This document shows positions 56,466-64,000 of a stretch of DNA of 64,000 nt, piece by piece (the first letter of the stretch is position 1; each line of letters opens with the position of its first letter). The notes below the pieces were generated by a model. It was not told the DNA's origin and did not search any database. It saw nothing but the letters and a program-made list of their open reading frames with translations. The DNA lies in IMG/VR virus record IMGVR_UViG_3300027759_006101, positions 248,001 through 312,000 of that record. The stretch is one strand, 5' to 3'. The translations under genes were made by a program, and so were the position numbers.

Positions 56466-57296
56466 ATGGAAAACTATACAATAGAATCTTGGATACATAA
56501 AAAGTATTATTTTGACTCTTCAAAAAATGGAGTTGTCATCCCACCAGCTTATGATTCTGGGGGGACTGGTGGCACAGATGGCGGTGGTGGAGGCGGTGGT
56601 GGTGAGTCTGGTTCAGGTTCAACCACTTTCTTAAGCACCACCGACTTGATACTTAATTTAAGAGCTTCAGATACTGATTCATATCCTGGCACTGGATTAT
56701 ACTGGTACGACTTAACATCGTATGGAAATAACGGTATTTTTTACAATGGGGCGGCTGTAACAGGCACAGGTAATTCAAAAGCATTTATATTTGATGGTAC
56801 TGACACATACTTTGGAATTGGAAGAAATATTACTCAAAACACAACTAATGTAAGTATGTCTGCCTGGGTTAAGACTTCTAACAACCTAATAGCTGGTCAG
56901 ATGATTGTATACAACGGTAGTGAAGCTAGACTAAATGGTTATGGCTTTTCCATAAATAGAGATGGTATTACATCTGGAAATATTTACGTAAGATATGGAG
57001 ATAGCCAATGGTTTAACACAGGAATTGCCATTACAAGCAATCATTGGCATTATATTACTTTGAACATTTTATCAGACAGAAGACCTCAAGTATTTGTTAA
57101 TGGTGCTATAGGATACACAGGTTCAGCTGCAAGAATCAACACTCCAACAAACTACACTGAAGTTGGACGAAGTGATTATCCTGTTTCAAGATACTTCTAC
57201 GGATACATTGCTCAAGTTCACGCTTATAAAAAGGCACTTACATCTACTGAAATTCAAGGAAATTTCAACAGCACTAAAACACCTTATGGGTATTGA
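56466..57296 (+). CDS. LamG/ConA-like protein with N-terminal peptide and poly-Gly linker
   Basis: SYPGTGLYWYDL, FIFDGTD, NHWHYITL, YKKALTSTEIQGNFN. Confidence 0.85.
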   Translation: MENYTIESWIHKKYYFDSSKNGVVIPPAYDSGGTGGTDGGGGGGGGESGSGSTTFLSTTDLILNLRASDTDSYPGTGLYWYDLTSYGNNGIFYNGAAVTGTGNSKAFIFDGTDTYFGIGRNITQNTTNVSMSAWVKTSNNLIAGQMIVYNGSEARLNGYGFSINRDGITSGNIYVRYGDSQWFNTGIAITSNHWHYITLNILSDRRPQVFVNGAIGYTGSAARINTPTNYTEVGRSDYPVSRYFYGYIAQVHAYKKALTSTEIQGNFNSTKTPYGY

Positions 57297-57310
57297 TAAG
57301 GAATTAAAAT

Positions 57311-57628
57311 ATGCTTAATAACGAATTCTTAACAGGTACAACTCTTAATATTTATGCTGAATTAAAAGATGAAAGTGGATATGGAGTTACAACTACTGGT
57401 TTAACCTTTTATATGACTGAACCAGGGGGAATTGGCTATACTTATTATTTTGGGTCAGGTTCAGGTAGCGGAAACTCAGAGCCTGTTCAAGCTGGTATTG
57501 CGACTGGCATATATTATAAACAATGGACTCCAAGCAGAACAGGTGTACATAAATATTCCTGGAAGGCATCAGGAAGTATTCAAGCTACATTCAAGAGCTT
57601 TTTTGATGTCAAGAGTGGTGAGTGGTAA
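57311..57628 (+). CDS. small beta-sandwich virion protein
   Basis: AAGGA SD; GIYYKQWTP..GVHKYSW. Confidence 0.65.
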   Translation: MLNNEFLTGTTLNIYAELKDESGYGVTTTGLTFYMTEPGGIGYTYYFGSGSGSGNSEPVQAGIATGIYYKQWTPSRTGVHKYSWKASGSIQATFKSFFDVKSGEW

Positions 57629-58584
57629 TGGCTTTTCCTGGAATTCTTTCAAGAGCTGAGCTTTCTTCTGGTCTTAACACAAAAAGTATATGTGTTAATG
57701 GAAATTACCTTATTGTCGAGCAATGCAACATCAATCAAGAACAAGAGCATAATGTAAATAATTACATTCAAGGTGGTCCTGCCTATGCTATCTACAATCT
57801 AGGTGCTAGAAAGCATGTGGGTAATTTTTCATTTCCTTTACGTGTAGATCAAAATGGTAATTTAGAAGAAGCAGCAAAAGTAATTTTACGTCACGCAGCA
57901 AAGCCTATGACTTCCTTGAGAATAGACACTCACAACGTTCTTTCTTCATTTTCAACCACTGTAGTTAATCCAGGCACAGATGATAACAAAAATTTATCTC
58001 TAGATTCTTGTGTTATAAGTAATCTTAAAATTACTGTCAGTGAAGGTGGAGACGTTAATGCAAGTGTTGATTTTATAGGAATGCTTGACATAGAAACGGA
58101 ATCTACATTTGATTTTTCGTCTGATTATCTTATGGGAAGAAGGCTAAATTTTGCTGATTGTAATGCATTTAGAAAAGAATCATCAATGAGAGGCACATCT
58201 TCAATAACAATCAATATTGAAAATGAAGTGGTAACACCAGTATTTCTTATGCCTTATTATTCAAATAAATTTGTTGGTTCTGGAGTTACTGAACAAAAAG
58301 ATCAGATTGAGCTTCTAGCAGTTCAATCTACTAAGTGGTCTGGAGAATTTACAGAAGTTATCAGAAACGGTCTTGATTTATATACTTTCATCCACGGTGG
58401 TTTGATGCATGATGAAAACTTAACTTTAGACATTGGAAACTTAAGAACCACTTTTTATAACCCAGTTTTCAAAATTGCTCAATCTCCATTAACAACACAA
58501 GTAATAAGGAGAACTACAGAGTGGGTTGGAATTAATAAACCAGATGATTCTATGTTGGATGATCGACTGTTTACTTTTTTATAA
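57628..58584 (+). CDS. tail-tube-like protein; start corrected to MAFPG
   Basis: TAATG overlap; beta-strand pattern; distant paralogue of the next gene. Confidence 0.5.
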   Translation: MAFPGILSRAELSSGLNTKSICVNGNYLIVEQCNINQEQEHNVNNYIQGGPAYAIYNLGARKHVGNFSFPLRVDQNGNLEEAAKVILRHAAKPMTSLRIDTHNVLSSFSTTVVNPGTDDNKNLSLDSCVISNLKITVSEGGDVNASVDFIGMLDIETESTFDFSSDYLMGRRLNFADCNAFRKESSMRGTSSITINIENEVVTPVFLMPYYSNKFVGSGVTEQKDQIELLAVQSTKWSGEFTEVIRNGLDLYTFIHGGLMHDENLTLDIGNLRTTFYNPVFKIAQSPLTTQVIRRTTEWVGINKPDDSMLDDRLFTFL

Positions 58585-58610
58585 AGGTAAACCAAATTAA
58601 TTATAAGAAT
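58585..58610 (+). promoter_or_regulatory. putative late promoter AGGT-N18-GAAT
   Basis: aaaggt-aaaccaaattaattataa-gaataaa. Confidence 0.55.
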
Positions 58611-58672
58611 AAATTGAATAGCCTAAAAAAACAAAAGAATTAAAGAAATCTTTTGAAAGTGAGTTGAAAAAA

Positions 58673-59692
58673 ATGCCTATTAATAACGACATTCTTGGTA
58701 TTTATAAGCAAGTATACGTATTAACATCTGGTACAGCAATTTCATACATTGTTGAAAGTGCTAACAGAAATGTTTCAATCGATGCGCAGCCAAAAGTTCT
58801 GATTGCTGGTAGCCCTAAGACAAGAATTATGGATATCGGTGGTGTAACAGAAACTATTTCTATTACTGCGCCTATGCTTATTGGTGGTGGTGCGGCCTAT
58901 GACGGTAGAGCTCTTGTTGGTAATAAAATTACTGAAATTTTGAATCCAGCTACAGCAACTCTACCAATTTTAAAATCAGCATCATATTCGATTAGTGAAG
59001 GTGGTGGATCTGTTTCTGTCACATTAGAGTCAGATGGTAACGCAGCTTCAGGTAACTCTGGTTTCTATCTTGTAAACTCAACAACACCTCACCCATCATT
59101 AAATCCAGTTGGTACTGGTGGTTCTGGTACTACAGCTTTTGGCCCTACAAGAGTTGCAAGATTCTATGACTTCCGTGCTAAAATCGGCGGAAGACAATAT
59201 TTCATTCAAGAAGCTAATGTAGACGTAAACGTCGAAACTTCAAAAGCTTACTTTATCAACCCATACGACTTTACTAATCCTAACGATGGTTACAGATATT
59301 CTGGTGGCGGTGGTACTGTAATCCCATCAGTTCTTGGTGGATTTGGTATTTCTTGGGCATATGGTAGCCAGTTCCCACATATCGGTGTTAATGGAATTAC
59401 CATTTCTGGTAAGGGCAAAGGCGCTGTTGTTGTAGGTTCAACCTATGCTTCTGAAACTACTGCTGGAATTACTACTCAAACAGCTGGTAAGACAATCTTA
59501 GCATCTACAGAAGATGTTACTTTTGCTCTTGAGATTGCTGGTGGCACTGGAGGAAATCCTGGTGTAGTAGCAACATGGCAAGATCTTATTGCTGGTATTG
59601 GTCTTTCAAAATCAATTATCAATGCAACAGCGTTCTCAGTCAGCACAGGTATCTTGACAGTTGAATTTGACTTTATGTGTTATGTCGTCTAA
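58673..59692 (+). CDS. tail-tube-like (possibly major tail) protein
   Basis: paralogue of 57628-58584 (YxIVE..N, IxGxP, IG/LG, SEGG.V, FxD); own promoter; start at 58673 or TTG at 58664. Confidence 0.5.
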   Translation: MPINNDILGIYKQVYVLTSGTAISYIVESANRNVSIDAQPKVLIAGSPKTRIMDIGGVTETISITAPMLIGGGAAYDGRALVGNKITEILNPATATLPILKSASYSISEGGGSVSVTLESDGNAASGNSGFYLVNSTTPHPSLNPVGTGGSGTTAFGPTRVARFYDFRAKIGGRQYFIQEANVDVNVETSKAYFINPYDFTNPNDGYRYSGGGGTVIPSVLGGFGISWAYGSQFPHIGVNGITISGKGKGAVVVGSTYASETTAGITTQTAGKTILASTEDVTFALEIAGGTGGNPGVVATWQDLIAGIGLSKSIINATAFSVSTGILTVEFDFMCYVV

Positions 59693-60184
59693 TCAGTCGG
59701 TATCGTCAGACATATAAGTTTCAAAATCCCAGTCTTCATCCAACTCATCCATATTGTCCCATACATTTCGTAAAACAAATAAATTTGTATGGGATAATAT
59801 GGATAAAATTAAACTATCAACAAGAGAACAAACAGAAAAATAATTATTTTTCTTATAATCAGTGAATTTTACAGATGCATATATGACATCTCCTACTCTG
59901 TTCTCTATACAAATACTTTCAACACTTGAATTATAATGATTCAGTAAACGCAAAAACATTTGATGTATGATCATAACGTGAGCGTTTAAGTGATAATCCT
60001 TAATAACAAAATTCAACAAACTAGCTTCGTACGGAGCAATCTCACAGGCCACTTTTTTCAACCCATCACTCAGTAATATAAAAACTCTGGTTTCAGAGTC
60101 TACTATTACTTTTTCTAAAAGGATAGGAATAGTTTCATAACGATCATCATTGTGAATATTATTTCTATCTATTTTTTTTGGCAT
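59693..60184 (-). CDS. bifunctional nuclease (DUF151/BFN) family protein
   Basis: IAPYEASLL, HQMF, ICIENRVGDVIYAS, VDSLILSI. Confidence 0.75.
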   Translation of the reverse strand: MPKKIDRNNIHNDDRYETIPILLEKVIVDSETRVFILLSDGLKKVACEIAPYEASLLNFVIKDYHLNAHVMIIHQMFLRLLNHYNSSVESICIENRVGDVIYASVKFTDYKKNNYFSVCSLVDSLILSILSHTNLFVLRNVWDNMDELDEDWDFETYMSDDTD

Positions 60185-60570
60185 TTTGAATTTCCTGTAT
60201 TACACACTCTGCAAAGTTTGCAAATTTTATTGTTTAATATATTTGAAAATATAAGCATCAATGAACCAATAATCATTAAGTAATTTATTTCTTTATGATC
60301 GGAATGCTTGTGTTCATTTAAAAAATAACCTGCAAATGTTATGATAATTCCTAAAGAGAAAAACCATAATATATTGTAATTTTTGTGAGTTTTGATTCCA
60401 AAGCAAACATTATAAATATTTATTGCGCAAGATATAAATAATAAAATAAATTCTATTTTTGAATCAAGCATCAAGTAAAGAGCTGAAGTAGGCAAAAATA
60501 TCATAAATAAAGGTAATATCGTGCAGTGCAAAACACAAACAATACTAGCTATATTTGCGAATTTTATCAT
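60169..60570 (-). CDS. MerC-domain membrane protein
   Basis: ASIVCVLHCTILP, four hydrophobic segments, His-rich loop EHKHSDH, C-terminal CKLCRVC. Confidence 0.8.
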   Translation of the reverse strand: MIKFANIASIVCVLHCTILPLFMIFLPTSALYLMLDSKIEFILLFISCAINIYNVCFGIKTHKNYNILWFFSLGIIITFAGYFLNEHKHSDHKEINYLMIIGSLMLIFSNILNNKICKLCRVCNTGNSKCQKK

Positions 60571-62261
60571 AGATTGACTTTCTTTTTTGCTATGTCATGA
60601 ACTTTTAGAGAGATTTCTTTAATAGTTTCTTTTGCACTTTCTAAGAGACTTGAAAGTAACTCAATATTGTGACTTTTGCCATCTTGTTCTATTGATTTCT
60701 TGAGATCTAGTAATTCATTAACATCAAGTTTATCTAAAACATTAGTTCTAAGTAATTCTTCAATTTGAATTTCACAATCATAAAGAAGATCGTGCATATT
60801 TGTAATCTTTCTAAAGTGCTCATCTTCGTCTTTGTGTTGTTGTGCTTCATCAATAATTTTTGATATTTCTTGACTTGATAACGACGATCTGCCTGTAATC
60901 TCAATGTCTTTTTCTATTCCATTATCCAAACTTGTGGCTTTGACTGAAAGAATTCCATTTGGATCAATTTGAAACGTGACTTCAAGTTTTGGCAATCCTC
61001 TTGGTTTTTCTTCTACCCCATCAAGTTTAAATTCCCCAAGCAACAAATTATCTACTGTTTTGGGTCTCTCTCCTTGATAAATCTTTACATCAACTTCTGT
61101 TTGATTATCATATGCAGTTGTAAAGATTTCCTTAACAACTGAGGGTACTTGAGTATTTCTGGGAATTAAGATACTCATAATCCCACCTTGTGTCTCTATA
61201 CCTAAAGAAAGTGGTGTAACATCAAGCAAATAAACTTCTCTGCTTGATTTTCCTGTCAAAACTGATGCTTGAATAGCTGCACCGACAGAAACAGCTTCGT
61301 CAGGATTAATTGACTTATTGGGCTTTTTTCCGAACTTTTCTTCTATTACTCTTTCTATTAGTGGAATTCTTGTACTGCCACCAACAAAAACAATTTCATC
61401 AATTTTGTCAGTTTTTAAATTAGCGTCTCGTAATGCATCATTGACACAGAGCATTGTTTTATCAATGTATGTCTTGATAGATTCTTCAAATTCTTCACGA
61501 TTAATCTTGAGTGGCTCTTTTCCAACCATTACATTAGCCACAGTCATATGAGAAAGCATCTTTTTAGTCTTCTCAGAGATATTTCTTAAATCAATCTGAT
61601 CTAAAGTAACATTAGTTTTGCTAAGAATTACTTTTCCAAGTGCTTCATCAAAATCAACACCACCAAGAGATGTATTACCAGATGTAGATTGAACGTGGAA
61701 GTCAACACCGTCCATAAGCTTAAGCAAGGTGACATCAAATGTTCCTCCGCCTAAGTCATATACTAAAATCGTTGCATCATTTTTCTTATCTAGACCATAT
61801 GCCAAAGATGCTGCAGTAGGTTCATTGATGATACGTAATACTTTAAGACCAGCTAATTCTCCAGCTGTTTTAGTAGATTGCCTTTGGTCGTTGTTGAAAT
61901 ATGCAGGGACAGTAATTACAGCTTCAGTTACTTCTTTGCCCAAATGCCTCTCTGCGCAATTTTTAAGATACTTTAGGATGTATGATGAAACTTCTTCTGG
62001 GCTGTAGGATTTGCTATTTATTTCAAATCTCTTATTAGTCCCCATTTGCCTCTTTACAACACGTATAGTATGAGAAAAGGGCAAATGCTGCTCCATATCA
62101 ACAGCATATTGCCCTACATAAATCTCATCACCAAAACTGACTACGCTGGGAGTAATTCTTTCACCTAAATCATTTGGGATAACTTCTGGCTGATCTTTGT
62201 CATTTACATAAGAAACTACACTAAAAGTACTTCCTAAATCAATTCCAATTGCGTAACTCAT
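60567..62261 (-). CDS. dnaK: Hsp70/DnaK chaperone, compact
   Basis: GIDLGST, TVPAYF, INEPTAA, DLGGGTFD, VGGSTRIP, NPDEAV, LLDVTPLSLGIET, QGER. Confidence 0.95.
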   Translation of the reverse strand: MSYAIGIDLGSTFSVVSYVNDKDQPEVIPNDLGERITPSVVSFGDEIYVGQYAVDMEQHLPFSHTIRVVKRQMGTNKRFEINSKSYSPEEVSSYILKYLKNCAERHLGKEVTEAVITVPAYFNNDQRQSTKTAGELAGLKVLRIINEPTAASLAYGLDKKNDATILVYDLGGGTFDVTLLKLMDGVDFHVQSTSGNTSLGGVDFDEALGKVILSKTNVTLDQIDLRNISEKTKKMLSHMTVANVMVGKEPLKINREEFEESIKTYIDKTMLCVNDALRDANLKTDKIDEIVFVGGSTRIPLIERVIEEKFGKKPNKSINPDEAVSVGAAIQASVLTGKSSREVYLLDVTPLSLGIETQGGIMSILIPRNTQVPSVVKEIFTTAYDNQTEVDVKIYQGERPKTVDNLLLGEFKLDGVEEKPRGLPKLEVTFQIDPNGILSVKATSLDNGIEKDIEITGRSSLSSQEISKIIDEAQQHKDEDEHFRKITNMHDLLYDCEIQIEELLRTNVLDKLDVNELLDLKKSIEQDGKSHNIELLSSLLESAKETIKEISLKVHDIAKKKVNL

Positions 62262-62269
62262 AATAAAGG

Positions 62270-62277
62270 ATTATACA
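62270..62277 (-). promoter_or_regulatory. sigma70-like -10 box TGTATAAT, 8 nt before the dnaK ATG
   Basis: TTACCA-N17-TATAAT-cctttatt-ATG, no SD. Confidence 0.55.
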
Positions 62278-62631
62278 TTATTCAGGTTCTTCTGGTAATA
62301 CAGTTCCTCCAGGCACATATCCTTCCATCAATTCTTTGAGAGCATCTTTATTTTCAAGCTTTTTTCTAAACTCAAGACTTTCATTTTTTGTTATTGGCCC
62401 TATCGCTATATTTTTATCTTTGTCTTTTGGTAAATTGTCTTTATACTCGTGAGCCATTGACATTAATTGTATTATTGCAAAAGTATCTTTACATTTTGAA
62501 CAACGCATAATAGCGTAAACTTCTACTTCTGACTTAGGCAACCAACCCAAGTGAGATAATTTTGTAAATTGAGTTTTACAATTTCTATTAAGACAACACT
62601 TCGGTTTGCCGATGATAGTTTGATGGAACAT
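62278..62631 (-). CDS. zinc-finger protein; start corrected to MFHQ
   Basis: GGAGGT SD before ATG at 62631; CLNRNC and CSKC. Confidence 0.7.
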   Translation of the reverse strand: MFHQTIIGKPKCCLNRNCKTQFTKLSHLGWLPKSEVEVYAIMRCSKCKDTFAIIQLMSMAHEYKDNLPKDKDKNIAIGPITKNESLEFRKKLENKDALKELMEGYVPGGTVLPEEPE

Positions 62632-62796
62632 AGCACACCTCCAATGCACAAATGAGCAATTTAATATTCCTGTTAGAACAAAGCTTGACTTTTATTAAGA
62701 ACCATTAATAGGACAAAATAAACTTGATATTGTATACTATTATAGTCCACTGGCGGATAAATTGAGGCCAGTGGATATTTTTATGTAAGGAGGAAA

Positions 62797-62874
62797 ATGA
62801 TTATGAAGATTTTTGAACAACTTGAAGAAATGATGAATCAAGTAATTTCAGCATTATTCAACGTAGAATTGTAA
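62797..62874 (+). CDS. 25-aa small protein MIMKIFEQLEEMMNQVISALFNVEL (not in ORF track)
   Basis: TAAGGAGG SD, upstream TGTATACT and 9-bp hairpin, downstream hairpin with T-run. Confidence 0.6.
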   Translation: MIMKIFEQLEEMMNQVISALFNVEL

Positions 62875-62882
62875 GGTAACTT

Positions 62883-62909
62883 ATAATCTACAGCGTCGTA
62901 GATTATTTT
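62883..62909 (+). terminator. hairpin terminator between the small ORF and the convergent helicase
   Basis: ataatctac-agcgtc-gtagattat-ttt. Confidence 0.6.
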
Positions 62910-64000
62910 AATTCAAACATTTTCCAAGCTCGTTCATTCTTATAAACTTTCTTTCTCATATTTACGTGAGATCTCAAATTCTTATGACTTGAGGCAAAAT
63001 CAATAATAATAGCTTCAGGTTTTCCATTCTTTATAGAATCTTCAACATCTTTGCCTACACATCTTAAGACTCTTCCAACTTGCTGATAAGTTGTGACTGG
63101 TGATGAACTAGTCCCAGCAAGAATTAGACAAGAGATTTTAGGAGCATCAACACCAACATTTGCCCACTGTGTTGCAATCAAGACTATTTCATTATTCTCA
63201 ACTGCATTAAGCATTCTTCGACGATAATTCTTTTCCTCATCGCTTGGGTCTATTTCGCCTTTATCGCCACCAGGTACAAATACTGCGTCCTCTATCATTC
63301 CTTCAAGAATATTGCCGTGTTCCATCCTTTCAACAAGAATAAGAGTAGGAGTACCCTTTTTTTTCATAGCTTCGGCAAATTGTTTTATTCTAAAATTTCT
63401 TTCCCAGCAATTAACAATATTTAAATTGTAAACTTCATGATAAGTTTGGCCAGGTTCTACAGTATCTATATTTACTACAAAGATTTTGGGTGGAACTAAG
63501 TACCCTCTCTCCACGAGATCACTGGCACTTACTTCGCATACTTTACCGCCCAAAGTACCTTCTATCCTGATTTCTTGATTATCGGTACGAAAGGGAGTTG
63601 CAGATAAACCCAATCTGTAATATGCATTCTTTGCTTGATTACCAATTTCTTCAGTAACAACAGCTGCTAAATGTGCTTCGTCTATAATCAAAGCATTACA
63701 GTTCTTGATTACATCTCTGACTTGAGATTTTTGAAATAATATATTCTGCCTATTGTCCCAAGCTGATTGAGCTTTCTTATAATCTGACAATTCTTTTTTT
63801 ACTAAGATTGACAATTCACGATCATACTGTTTTCGTAATTGAATTAAGTTTTTTGCAGAACTTTCTTCAGCTTTTTCAACTTTCTCATACAAGTCTGAAA
63901 GTTTTCCTGAAGCCACATGAGTTGCTTTTTTGTAGTTTGATAGAGCTACTTCTAATTCTTTTTGAAGAAAAGCAGTTGGTTTACTTCCTTCCCCATTATC
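62903..64000 (-). CDS. superfamily 2 DEAH helicase (UvsW/XPB-like), 5' end beyond window
   Basis: IIDEAH, SATPFR, VGVDAP, QQVGRVLR; frame open to the window edge. Confidence 0.9.
   Translation of the reverse strand, partial: DNGEGSKPTAFLQKELEVALSNYKKATHVASGKLSDLYEKVEKAEESSAKNLIQLRKQYDRELSILVKKELSDYKKAQSAWDNRQNILFQKSQVRDVIKNCNALIIDEAHLAAVVTEEIGNQAKNAYYRLGLSATPFRTDNQEIRIEGTLGGKVCEVSASDLVERGYLVPPKIFVVNIDTVEPGQTYHEVYNLNIVNCWERNFRIKQFAEAMKKKGTPTLILVERMEHGNILEGMIEDAVFVPGGDKGEIDPSDEEKNYRRRMLNAVENNEIVLIATQWANVGVDAPKISCLILAGTSSSPVTTYQQVGRVLRCVGKDVEDSIKNGKPEAIIIDFASSHKNLRSHVNMRKKVYKNERAWKMFELK

Noticed and set aside
51365-62261. Bacterial chromosome origin suggested by gyrAB, dnaK, clpX
   Set aside because: Usual neighbours (dnaA/dnaN/recF, grpE, clpP) are absent, the proteins are divergent and interleaved with virion-type genes; no capsid or terminase is in the window, so phage identity remains an inference
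1-64000. Stop-codon reassignment as in some huge phages
   Set aside because: Standard code gives dense full-length genes; TAA, TAG and TGA all end genes at tight junctions

Overview
AT-rich window from what is very probably a large tailed (jumbo/huge) bacteriophage genome in the standard genetic code. (1) 1-30557 is one minus-strand block of virion-surface genes: ten LamG/concanavalin-A-like genes (one cut by the window edge, seven in an unbroken tandem array) and seven mosaic Ser/Thr/Gly-rich fibre genes (247-2722 aa) built from shared, shuffled modules. (2) 30759-51284 alternates small probable virion/head proteins, several sharing a short K-x-x-[AS]-Q and LD-x-x-GLY-x-x-AD-x-L signature, with an SLT transglycosylase, a degenerate macrodomain, a divergent ClpX, a J-domain protein, a PIN-PhoH protein and a 1942-aa repeat protein. 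(3) 51365-64000 holds gyrB-gyrA (GyrA box present, ~70-aa insertion in GyrB), further structural genes (an eleventh LamG gene, two tail-tube-like paralogues), and a minus-strand run of SF2 helicase, Zn-finger, DnaK, MerC and DUF151 nuclease genes. Two putative promoter classes separate the genes: AGG[ATC]-N18/19-GAA[TA] precedes virion-type genes and (TG)TATAAT precedes replication/chaperone genes, often close enough to the ATG to imply leaderless mRNAs. An unannotated 25-codon transcription unit lies at 62731-62909. No tRNA, rRNA, CRISPR array, reverse transcriptase, integrase or transposase was seen. Family assignments come from motif recognition, not database searches.
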